Source: Candidatus Latescibacterota bacterium
GTDB taxonomy: Bacteria > Latescibacterota > UBA2968 > GCA-2709665
DNA length: 64,000 nt
Direction of reading: 5' to 3'
Assembly (NCBI GenBank): GCA_965203805.1
Contig: OZ241917.1
Coordinates: 5,568,001 to 5,632,000 of the forward strand
Shown piece by piece: positions 30,201 to 38,106 of the stretch; the stretch's first letter is position 1; each line of letters begins with the position of its first letter. Under the pieces are notes generated by a model that saw only the letters and a list, made by a program, of their open reading frames with translations, did not search any database and was not told the origin of the DNA. The position numbers were made by a program, and so were the translations under genes.

Positions 30201-31042
30201 ACCGTGCTCCTGACGCGATCGAATGTATTTTTTTCACGACTGGAGACGACGCTAGATTTGATGAAAACCTTGCGATTCGGGCACTCTTGGCCGTGAAGGA
30301 CACGTCTACCGACAGTAGACGACTTGATCCACGTCACACCGCCGAGGTAATTGTACGCCTTCAGAAGTCATGTACAGTCGATTCGGACGTGCTTTTTGAG
30401 ATCGAATGGAAGTTCCTTAAATTGCTCGACGAGTTTTCGGCTGGGTCTCCAGTGACTCTAGAAAAACGATTGGCTACGGCCCCGGCGTTTTTTGCCGAGG
30501 TGATTGCGTTGGTTTATCGTTCAGACAAGGAACACGACAGCGGCGTCGAACCGGGCGAGCAGACAAAGAAACTAGCGGACCATGCCTACAGTCTCCTAAA
30601 CGTATGGAAAACTTGCCCTGGTAAGCTACCGGATGGCTCGTTCGATTCGGATGTCTTTCAGAGGTGGTACGAAGAGGTGACCGACATAACCAAAGATTCT
30701 GGTCACAGCGAAGTTGCGCAGTTGGAGATGGGCAATGTATTGACATTTGCACCGCCAGATCCTTGCGGCCTATGGATTCACAAGGTGGCCGCGGCTGCGT
30801 TGAACGGAAGAAACGCAGAGAAAATGCGTTCGGGATTCACCAGTAAGCTCATAAATCGACGAGGGGCCTATTGGGGAACTGGAGGCAAGGGAGAACGAGA
30901 GTTGGCGGAGAAATACAACCAACAAGCGGATGAGCTAGATTTAAATGGCTTTCCTCGATTTGGTGCCGATATACGAGATCTAGCGAAGCTATATGAGAGG
31001 CGGGCAGAATATGAATCGAAAAGAGGTCGAATTGAAGGGTGA
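27236..31042 (+). CDS. large protein with N-terminal restriction-endonuclease-like domain and helical C-terminus; candidate defence protein
   Basis: 1268 aa; PGWDG...YWEVGT...KANAEFNKRT, FVFVTPR; no intact Walker A seen; LLWALETLAW, GNWTNRP helical region. Confidence 0.6.
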   Translation: MEHTHIVHAEELDRYANTRNSHAVIPELLYWLVKQSITNASVCRIPYGDAINQPGWDGIVQAESAFLEFVPAGTSYWEVGTGSSPQDKANAEFNKRTKEMSEKDRAGASFVFVTPRTREWSGQQQTRWIKGRKDRGWMQIRIIDGVKLADWLREFPSIGRWMAKKIGLTKTLGGLSTPREHWEDIKALAEPDDPPLPPKLFTEGRGNASNALQALFEGKESRLLLFAESRSDVGDFVAAHIETLDKEPARSYSYRCLYVSEEDAWRSVVELKNSHVLLADPCLGLESTERADLLTLAKRKGHAVVVPLCGAWAEGSPEIIKLRSPSQFQIETILKEAGYKEIRSRELARIGGDQVSALRRHLQGLGSVPPYATWNNARHIAEAGLAGKWDGKNEDDRVAIELLVGKGYGEWIESLRPDALRSDSPLVQLDEKWRFVARGEAWGALGNRITDEDLLRLQKTAIRVLGERDPQFDLPKEERYAAGIYDKRLKHSRFFREGLAETLALVGSRSEALSACSVGQAENVARNSVSGLLDNTNWDRWASLDSLLPLLAEASPDGFLDAVESVLHDLDNSPFHELFAQEGSGGIGGGTYLSGLLWALETLAWHPDFLMRVAVILSDMASIDPGGNWTNRPMNSLIDILLPWHVQTCASLEKRVAAVETVLGEHPQEGWELILGLLPHSHGSTSGCHRPTWRNLIPNDWDEGVLLVDYREQVNTYAKLAVELSKKSADRLTELISRLSELPDFARKSLLGHLSSEEVMALSQTKRLVIWERLKGVATQHRKYPDANWAMSETAVAEIDTVVKRLAPESAELKFKHLFSDRDYDLTDGKGDFQEQQRRLAEARADAMDTILKTGGTLAALAFARSVASPFEVGSALVGIENEKIEKEFLPSLLNSKDEADTQLLSGFIRAKFREMGWTWVDRILGQEWTCKQKSVFLALLPFEDGVWIRVKDQLGAENEGLYWRNVVANPFSQFKDPSLAIGKLIEFDRAPDAIECIFFTTGDDARFDENLAIRALLAVKDTSTDSRRLDPRHTAEVIVRLQKSCTVDSDVLFEIEWKFLKLLDEFSAGSPVTLEKRLATAPAFFAEVIALVYRSDKEHDSGVEPGEQTKKLADHAYSLLNVWKTCPGKLPDGSFDSDVFQRWYEEVTDITKDSGHSEVAQLEMGNVLTFAPPDPCGLWIHKVAAAALNGRNAEKMRSGFTSKLINRRGAYWGTGGKGERELAEKYNQQADELDLNGFPRFGADIRDLAKLYERRAEYESKRGRIEG

Positions 31043-31361
31043 CGGATCTCCATTCAACTTGCGCATAGCTGCATTTTCCGATTGAAGCATCTCATCGCGG
31101 CATTATACGTGCTTGCGAATGCATTAAGAAAAGGTAATTCGTGTGGCGGGAATTCTGATAAGCGGGCGATACATCGGACTGTCGAGAATACTGGCTGGCG
31201 AGAGTACCACGGGGAAGCGGATGTCGCTTCCCCGGTCGCGACCCTCGAATCCACACGACAACGAGGACGTCTCGGTCTACCTCGTGTGGCTCGTAACCAT
31301 CTCTGCTTGCTCGGAGATGTAGAGTGAATGCAGCTGTGATCGTAACAGATAAGGTTATCGG

Positions 31362-34271
31362 ATGCCCCAAACAAGCGAAATCGCCTTCAATTTCGAGTTC
31401 TCCAATGTACTGCGCTCGAAACATCCGCGCTGGCGCGACCGCACCAGTGCAGAACAAACGAACGTACTCCGGGAACCTGGCCTGCAGCCGGACGTGGTAA
31501 TTCGACCGCCGGGAGGCGTCCCGGTCGTGCTCGAGACCGAGTTTGAACCGGCACGTACTGTCGAAGAAGACGCCAAAAAACGACTGGGGTTCTATTTGAA
31601 GTATGCAGGAGATCCGATAGAGCAGACGATTGCCGTCCAGATACCGAAAGGCCTTAGCCAGGCGCCTCAGGCAGACCTTAAGAGCTGCATCGAGGCCGCT
31701 GAGTACCGCTACTGCACGTATTCGCTTCAAAGGGGAGATGCGGCAATGCGTTGGCCGGTCACCGGATGGCTAGTCGGTGACATAGACGACCTCGCGACCA
31801 GTATTGAGAACGTGTCGCTGTCCGAGCGGTTACTTGCTGAGGGAACCCAAATACTCGAGCAGAGCATTGGCGAAGCCGCCAACAAGCTGCGGGAGTCCGC
31901 GGGTGCGAATGCGCTGGCGCAAATGGCGAATTCCCTCCATCAGGATGATGGAGAACAAACGTCGCGAATGGCTATGGCAATCGTCGCCAACGCACTCGTC
32001 TTCCACACTGCGATTGTCGAAGCCCACGAGATTGACACGATCGATCAATTGCGGATTCCGGGTCGAAACGACGTGAGCAAGAGCCGTTTGCTCGTTTGCT
32101 GGCAGCATATCCTCAATCACATCAACTACTATCCAATATTCCGGATCGCGTCCGACTTGCTTCTTCCGATTCCCAATGGCACGGCCAACGCCGTGCTGAA
32201 CCGCCTAGCTCAGGCGGCCAGTGATCTGGCTGGTCTCGGTGCTACAACTCTGCACGACCTCTCCGGTCGAATGTTCCAAACGCTTATCGCCGACCGAAAG
32301 TTTCTCGCCACGTTTTACACGCTCCCCACTTCTGCAGCACTGCTCGCTGAGTTGGCGGTATCCCGCATGGATGCTCAGACCGACTGGTCCGACCCGGAGG
32401 CGCTCACACGTCTCCAGGTTGCCGACTTGGCATGTGGAACGGGCGCGCTGCTCTCGGCTGCGTACCGAGCCCTCGCAGCGCGTTATCGTCGGGCCGGCGG
32501 AGACGATCAAGGGATCCATCGGCAGATGATTGAGAGCGCCCTTATCGCGGCGGACATCATGCCGGCCGCTTCACATCTTACTGCGTCAATGTTGTCGAGC
32601 GCGCATCCGGGCACGACCTTTGGCCGCACCCGTGTTCACACGTTGCCATACGGGACGCAAGGTCAGGACAAGCGGCATACGATGGCGTTGGGCGCACTTG
32701 ATCTGATTGAGGATGACGCTTCACCGTCGCTGTTTGGTACCGGTGCCACAGTAGTGCACGGTACTGCTAAAGATGCCGCAATGGAAGGTAGTCAAGACAT
32801 AAACCTTTCCCGCGAAACGGCTGATTTGGTGATTATGAATCCACCGTTCACAAGACCGACCAATCACGAAAAGGCAGACGTTCCGGTACCGTCATTTGCT
32901 GGGTTGAGCAAGACCGAAGACGAGCAACGGGCTATGGCCAAGAGGTTAGCCGAGATTCGTCGGCGGATTTCCAATCCAGTGGGTCATGGCAATGCCGGTT
33001 TGGCATCTAACTTCATAGACCTCGCGCATGTTAAGACCAAACCGGGCGGCGTCCTTGCAGTAGTGCTACCGGCTGTGTGTGTGAGCGGGGAATCTTGGAA
33101 GGAGGTTCGCCGACTGCTTGAATCCGAATATGATGATCTTATACTCGTGACTATAGCCGCATTCGGCCAGACGGATCGAGCTTTTTCGGCTGACACTGGC
33201 ATGGCCGAGACACTCATAGTTGCGACGAAGTGCCGCTTCAGACGAGAATCAAAACGTCGAGAAGCACTTTTCGTCAATCTTTTCCATCGGCCGCGCAGCT
33301 TAGCGGAGGCATTTGAGATGGCGCGGGCGGTGAGTCTTGAAGAGCTGCAAGGTCGGCACGGGCGACTGTACGTGGGTGACAGTGAGATTATCGGCACGTA
33401 CATTCGAGCTCCGTTATACGAGGGCGGTTGCACATCCCTCCGAGAAACCTCGATTGCTGCTACCGCAGTTGAATTAAAGGCCGGACAGCTCAGCCTTCCG
33501 CAGGGCTTCTCTACTGCAATTCAATTGACTCAGCTCGGAAGTCTTGGTGAGGAAGGACTATACCATCTCGACATATCCGGTGGAATAACCAATGGTGTGC
33601 CGCGAGGACCGTTTGAACTCATTCCGATTCAGGGTGTTCCGCAGTATCCAGTGCTGCGAAGGCACAACGCAAAGCGTGAACGAAGCCTCGTTGTACCGCC
33701 CGATAGCGAGGGAGAGGTGAAATTCGGCTGCGACGAGCGGGCCATCGCCGTTTGGAATCGCACGGCCTCACGTCTACACTTCAATCTCGATTTCCGAATC
33801 AACTCACAAAGCCTCACTGCGTGTCTCACGCCAGCCAAAGCGATTGGCGGTCGTGCGTGGCCCAACTTCATTCCGGAGCGGGAAGAATGGACCGTTCCGC
33901 TGGTTTTGTGGTCCAACACGACCCTGGGTCTACTATGTTTTTGGTGGGCTGGTACACGACAACAGCAGGGTCGGGCGTGTCTCACCATCACCCAGTTGCC
34001 GAGACTGACGGTCCTGGACCCGCGCACCCTCAGCGCTGAACAGTTGGCCGTGGCAAGTCTCATCTTTGAGCAGTTCAGCGAGAGGGAATTTCTGCCAGCC
34101 AACGAGGCGTATCGCGACGATGTGCGACAGGACCTCGACCGTGCCGTCCTGGTGGATTTGCTGCACCTACCCGAAGAAACTTTGGAACCGCTTGCCATCT
34201 TGCGCGATCAATGGTGCGCCGAACCAAGCGTCCATGGGGGAAAGAAGACGAGGATTGATACGGAGACATGA
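31362..34271 (+). CDS. fused restriction-modification enzyme (type IIG-like N6-adenine methyltransferase plus nuclease)
   Basis: ATFYT, VADLACGTGALL (motif I), VIMNPPF (motif IV), N-terminal QPDVV...LETEF. Confidence 0.85.
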   Translation: MPQTSEIAFNFEFSNVLRSKHPRWRDRTSAEQTNVLREPGLQPDVVIRPPGGVPVVLETEFEPARTVEEDAKKRLGFYLKYAGDPIEQTIAVQIPKGLSQAPQADLKSCIEAAEYRYCTYSLQRGDAAMRWPVTGWLVGDIDDLATSIENVSLSERLLAEGTQILEQSIGEAANKLRESAGANALAQMANSLHQDDGEQTSRMAMAIVANALVFHTAIVEAHEIDTIDQLRIPGRNDVSKSRLLVCWQHILNHINYYPIFRIASDLLLPIPNGTANAVLNRLAQAASDLAGLGATTLHDLSGRMFQTLIADRKFLATFYTLPTSAALLAELAVSRMDAQTDWSDPEALTRLQVADLACGTGALLSAAYRALAARYRRAGGDDQGIHRQMIESALIAADIMPAASHLTASMLSSAHPGTTFGRTRVHTLPYGTQGQDKRHTMALGALDLIEDDASPSLFGTGATVVHGTAKDAAMEGSQDINLSRETADLVIMNPPFTRPTNHEKADVPVPSFAGLSKTEDEQRAMAKRLAEIRRRISNPVGHGNAGLASNFIDLAHVKTKPGGVLAVVLPAVCVSGESWKEVRRLLESEYDDLILVTIAAFGQTDRAFSADTGMAETLIVATKCRFRRESKRREALFVNLFHRPRSLAEAFEMARAVSLEELQGRHGRLYVGDSEIIGTYIRAPLYEGGCTSLRETSIAATAVELKAGQLSLPQGFSTAIQLTQLGSLGEEGLYHLDISGGITNGVPRGPFELIPIQGVPQYPVLRRHNAKRERSLVVPPDSEGEVKFGCDERAIAVWNRTASRLHFNLDFRINSQSLTACLTPAKAIGGRAWPNFIPEREEWTVPLVLWSNTTLGLLCFWWAGTRQQQGRACLTITQLPRLTVLDPRTLSAEQLAVASLIFEQFSEREFLPANEAYRDDVRQDLDRAVLVDLLHLPEETLEPLAILRDQWCAEPSVHGGKKTRIDTET

Positions 34272-34520
34272 TTGCGCCAACACACATGCCGACTTGGATC
34301 CAACGCGATTCTGGTCTTCGAGGTTGTTGACGGGGGGTATCAGCCGACGAAGACTGAGTCGGAAGAGGACGTGAGTATTGACGCCACGCAGGAAGAGGCT
34401 TTCAGGGTGATGCTTGCGAACGATCCCCGGTGGTAAAATCGGACACGGGGGAAAAGTCAATGAAGGAATTCGAGGCGTGGTTGGAGAACTGTTGAGACAG
34501 GGAAGGGGTTTGCTCTTCGT

Positions 34521-34706
34521 TTATCCACTTCTGAGAAAGGGAATAACAATTGCGCCAACGGCGAGAATGATAATTGCCCACAGTTTTCGATCTATGCTGA
34601 CATAGAGCTTTTCCATAAACTCTATTCGTTTGTCCATCTGTTGAGACAAGCCTTTGAGTTCCGCCAGGCTTTCGGCGTGATAATCATGATCCTGGGTGTT
34701 AGCCAT
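34521..34706 (-). CDS. small coiled-coil protein with C-terminal TM
   Basis: 61 aa; GGGAGAG RBS; QMDKRIEFMEK...LWAIIILAVGAIVIPFL. Confidence 0.75.
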   Translation of the reverse strand: MANTQDHDYHAESLAELKGLSQQMDKRIEFMEKLYVSIDRKLWAIIILAVGAIVIPFLRSG

Positions 34707-34748
34707 CGCTCACTCTCCCAGTTCACTGCTGGTTTTGCTTTTCTGGAA

Positions 34749-34777
34749 ATAGTATGCGGAAACGTTCGACTTGTCAA
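34749..34777 (-). promoter_or_regulatory. sigma70-type promoter of small TM gene
   Basis: TTGACA-17-TACTAT. Confidence 0.65.
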
Positions 34778-34968
34778 TGAAAATTAAGACTCTTCTCGGA
34801 ACTTACCACGTGAATAATCCACGAAATTTCTCCGTTTTCTTGATTAACCTGTTATTTTTTTTGAATATTCGGTGCATGACATAAGGAAAACCGTTAAAGT
34901 TCAGGGATCTCGGTGGTCGGAGTGATGACTTGCGGTCTATGGTGTATCGATCCGTTGTCTTTCTCGTT

Positions 34969-35043
34969 TTCTCGCGCCTTTTTCGTCTATATCCTGCCCA
35001 TCCTCTCTATCTATGTAAGTTCCGCTTTATGAATCAAAAGGGA
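34969..35043 (-). repeat. diverged inverted copy of 13512-13584 repeat
   Basis: TTCTCGCGC...TATCCTG..CATCCT...TATC..TGTAAGTTCCG...TGAAT.AAA.GGGA. Confidence 0.75.
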
Positions 35044-35292
35044 TCAATGAGTTTCATTAAAAATCTGTGACCTTTTACCCCCGAAAACATCCGCCGAACT
35101 ACCGTTGGCACGATTGTATATGGTCCCTTCTATCAGGGTGACACTTCATGTTCGACTGACCGACCCTTTGCTGAACGCTACAAAGAGCGCTCTTCGCTTG
35201 CGCGAACCGGAGACGTTGCATTACTTCTGTTTTCTTTAGAGCGGTACCGGTTGTCAGTGTCGCGCGACGCGAATTCATCCGCAGCAATATGC

Positions 35293-35317
35293 GGGCAACT
35301 TTGAAAGTTGCCCCTAC
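35293..35317 (-). repeat. GTAG-type REP palindrome
   Basis: GGGCAACTTTGAAAGTTGCCCCTAC. Confidence 0.75.
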
Positions 35318-35329
35318 AAATCCAACATC

Positions 35330-35426
35330 GGCGCATCGAGGTCAAAACCTGCCTTCTGAGCAGAACTGGGCCTGTCTGCCGGTCCAACGGGACAGGTAGG
35401 CGCAGGCAGGTGTTCTCGCTTCCGGG
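35330..35426. repeat. REP-like palindrome carrying nested CCTGCC micro-insertions (diverged copy)
   Basis: homologous to 37914-38010. Confidence 0.8.
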
Positions 35427-35709
35427 TGTCGCAGCTGCAGGTTTCAGTTTGCAGCCGTCAGCTTGCAGCGGTAAACGACACGGCCTGTCGGCGCCGAGCG
35501 GCGGCGTTTTTTTCTCCCCTTTTCCCTTAGCGAGAAAAATACTGGGCCTAAACAAATAAAAAACAATAAGCTATGATTTGCAATTTAGATTCCGTAATCG
35601 CGCACCTATATGGCGTAAGCGAGTCGCAGTTCATCCACATCTTCGAGACTTTTCACGAAGATTGGGATAATCAAGCGCGCTTGGATGCAGCGCTGCGCCA
35701 TTTCCGGAC

Positions 35710-36873
35710 ATGGAGGAGTCGCCAATGACACTGCGCGTCAATGTCAAACCGGAGATGTTTCGCTGGGCGCGCGAGCGGGCGGGCATTCACGTGGACGCTC
35801 TCGTTAAGCGATTTCCCAGGTATCCTGAGTGGGAAAGCGGTGAGAAACAGCCGACGCTCAAGCAACTGGAGAAGCTTGCCCGGGTCACCTATGCGCCGAT
35901 CGGTTCGTTCTTTCTCTCTGCGCCACTTGATGAACCGGTCCCTATACCTGACATGCGAACGATCGGCAATGAGTTCGTCGGACGGCCCAGCGTCGAACTT
36001 TTGGAAACTGTTTATCTCTGCTTACGGCGCCAGGATTGGTACCGTGACAATGCACGCATTGAGGGAGAAGATCCGCTGGCGTTTGTGGGTTCCGCTACAA
36101 CTGGCAGCGACGTTGAGACCACTGCGGAAGAGATTAGAGCCGAACTGGGTTTCGACGTCGAGGAGAGGAACGATCTACGTACCTGGACCGAGGCGCTAAG
36201 ACGCTTTATTCAGCAGGCCGATGCACTGGGCGTATTGGTGATGACAAGCGGGATCGTTGGCAACAACACCCGCCGCAGGCTGGACCCCGAAGAGTTTCGG
36301 GGCTTCGCCCTGAGCGACGATCTTGCACCACTTGTCTTTATTAACGGTGCCGACACCAAAGCGGCTCAGATGTTTACGCTGGCACATGAACTCGGGCACA
36401 TCTGGCTTGGCGAATCTGCGCTTTCCGATGCTGACGTGGTTTCCGTGCCTGCCCACGAAATAGAGGGTTGGTGCAACCGTGTCGCCGCCGAGCTTCTCGT
36501 GCCACTCAGGTCCTTACTTGAGAGTTACCGTAAGAGGGAGGAACTTCCAATCCAGCTGAACCGCCTTGCTCGCCAATTCAAAGTCAGCACCTTGGTCGTA
36601 CTGCGTCGGCTCCACGATGGCGGCGTGCTCGACCGTGATGCGCTTGGGTCCGCCTACGCCCAAGAACTGGATCGAATAGGCAACATTGAAAAGACGAGCG
36701 GCGGGAGCTTCCATCCCACGCTCAAGGCGCGTGTGGGTGGGCGGTTTGGCGGCGCCATTGTGACCAGCACACTGGGAGGGAGGACTTCGTTTTCCGAGTC
36801 CTTCCGTCTTCTCGGAATCAAGAAGGCATCGACGTTACGGGCATTTGCCACAAGTCTGAAAGTGGGATCGTAG
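35710..36873 (+). CDS. XRE-HTH / ImmA-IrrE family metallopeptidase
   Basis: WARERAG...WESGEKQPTLKQL HTH; FRGFAL, FTLAHELGHIWL, CNRVAAELL. Confidence 0.93.
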   Translation: MEESPMTLRVNVKPEMFRWARERAGIHVDALVKRFPRYPEWESGEKQPTLKQLEKLARVTYAPIGSFFLSAPLDEPVPIPDMRTIGNEFVGRPSVELLETVYLCLRRQDWYRDNARIEGEDPLAFVGSATTGSDVETTAEEIRAELGFDVEERNDLRTWTEALRRFIQQADALGVLVMTSGIVGNNTRRRLDPEEFRGFALSDDLAPLVFINGADTKAAQMFTLAHELGHIWLGESALSDADVVSVPAHEIEGWCNRVAAELLVPLRSLLESYRKREELPIQLNRLARQFKVSTLVVLRRLHDGGVLDRDALGSAYAQELDRIGNIEKTSGGSFHPTLKARVGGRFGGAIVTSTLGGRTSFSESFRLLGIKKASTLRAFATSLKVGS

Positions 36874-37161
36874 ATGGCATATTTGCTTGATGCAGACGCT
36901 TTTATCCGTGCCAAGAACTTGCATTACGGCTTCGAAATATGTCCTGGGTTCTGGGATTGGCTGGTCACGGCGAACGAACGGGGAATCGTTTTCAGCATTG
37001 AAAAAGTCGCCGACGAAGTCGCAGCCGGCGATGACGACCTTGCGATTTGGGCAGACTGTCCTGGCGACTTCTCCGTTGTCCGGCGACCTGCTTTTTTAGA
37101 CAATTGTGACGGCAACACGAAGGCGAACACGTTACGGGAACTGCTGGGTGTTGCGGGTTAA
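36874..37161 (+). pseudogene. truncated DUF4411 (PIN-like) partner of IrrE gene
   Basis: YLLDADAFIRAKNLHYGFEICPGFWDWL...DDDLAIWA then similarity stops at about residue 61. Confidence 0.85.
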
Positions 37162-37315
37162 TTTCAATTGAGAACATTTAGGCACACCCGTTCAAGTAAA
37201 TTTCGCGACGGGTTTGTTTAGTCCGAATGGCATCAATTGGAACGCGTTAAACGCCAAGACATTCCTGGACGCATTTGGCGCGGAGGATCCGCCGCGTCCC
37301 GAACGCACCACCTAT

Positions 37316-37378
37316 GTCGATTGCGTGATAGACATTGAAGCCATCTACGAAAAACATGGTTCGATTGTAGTGTCTCAC
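37316..37378 (-). pseudogene. 5' remnant of NYN domain gene
   Basis: RTMFFVDGFNVYHAID after AAGGAAG RBS and GTG 37378. Confidence 0.75.
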
Positions 37379-37400
37379 GTCACTTCCTTTTCTACAAAAC

Positions 37401-37497
37401 AAAAAAAACCCGGACCCACTTGGGAATCCGGGGGCTCCAGGATCGTTCTTCTGGAGGGAGGATACAGGATAATAACTAAATCCAGTGATGTTGTCTA
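37401..37497 (-). promoter_or_regulatory. promoter, leader hairpins and terminator upstream of NYN remnant
   Basis: TAGACA-17-TATTAT; hairpins 37435-37456 and 37409-37432 followed by T8. Confidence 0.6.
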
Positions 37498-37913
37498 GAA
37501 AATCCAAATAAAACAAGCCCTATTCGCGAATTCGAACCAGCCACTGTTTGATCCGGACCGCCTGAGGATGGTCGGGTTCGAGTTTCGGCGCGAAATTCGC
37601 CGACAATGACTCTGGGGAGAGTACCCCGAAAACTTAAAGCTTGAGGATTTGAAGACTCTGCTGAGAAGGATTGGAACTGAATTTAGGGACGAATATCATA
37701 TTCCTCTGCAGAAGCGTTTCTGCTACACTGAGGAATTGTCTAAAGTTGCTGCGTTCGTCCGATGCTTCGTAGACAGACTCAATACAGACAGCGACAATGT
37801 TGAAAAAACGACAAGGGTTGTATCTGAAAGTCAATGATCACCCATCAGTCCACAGCTTGAATCGAAAAACCAATGCGTTGACGTGAGCGCCATAAACCTT
37901 CAGGATCAGAAGA

Positions 37914-38010
37914 GGCGCATCGAGGGCAAGACCTGCCTGCCGAGCAGAACTCGGCCTGTCTGCCGTTCCAACGGGACAGGCAGGCGCAGGCAGGTGCCCT
38001 CGCTCCCGGG
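37914..38010. repeat. REP-like palindrome with two nested CCTGCC micro-insertions
   Basis: CGAGGGCAAGA[37932-37994]TGCCCTCG; inner element 37955-37984. Confidence 0.8.
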
Positions 38011-38106
38011 AGAGCGGTGAGACGCAGGACGATTGAGGACCGCACCCCGCCGATCTCGCGCTCCGATTTCTTGCCCTGTTTCTTGTTGTAAACTGCGACG
38101 ATTCAA

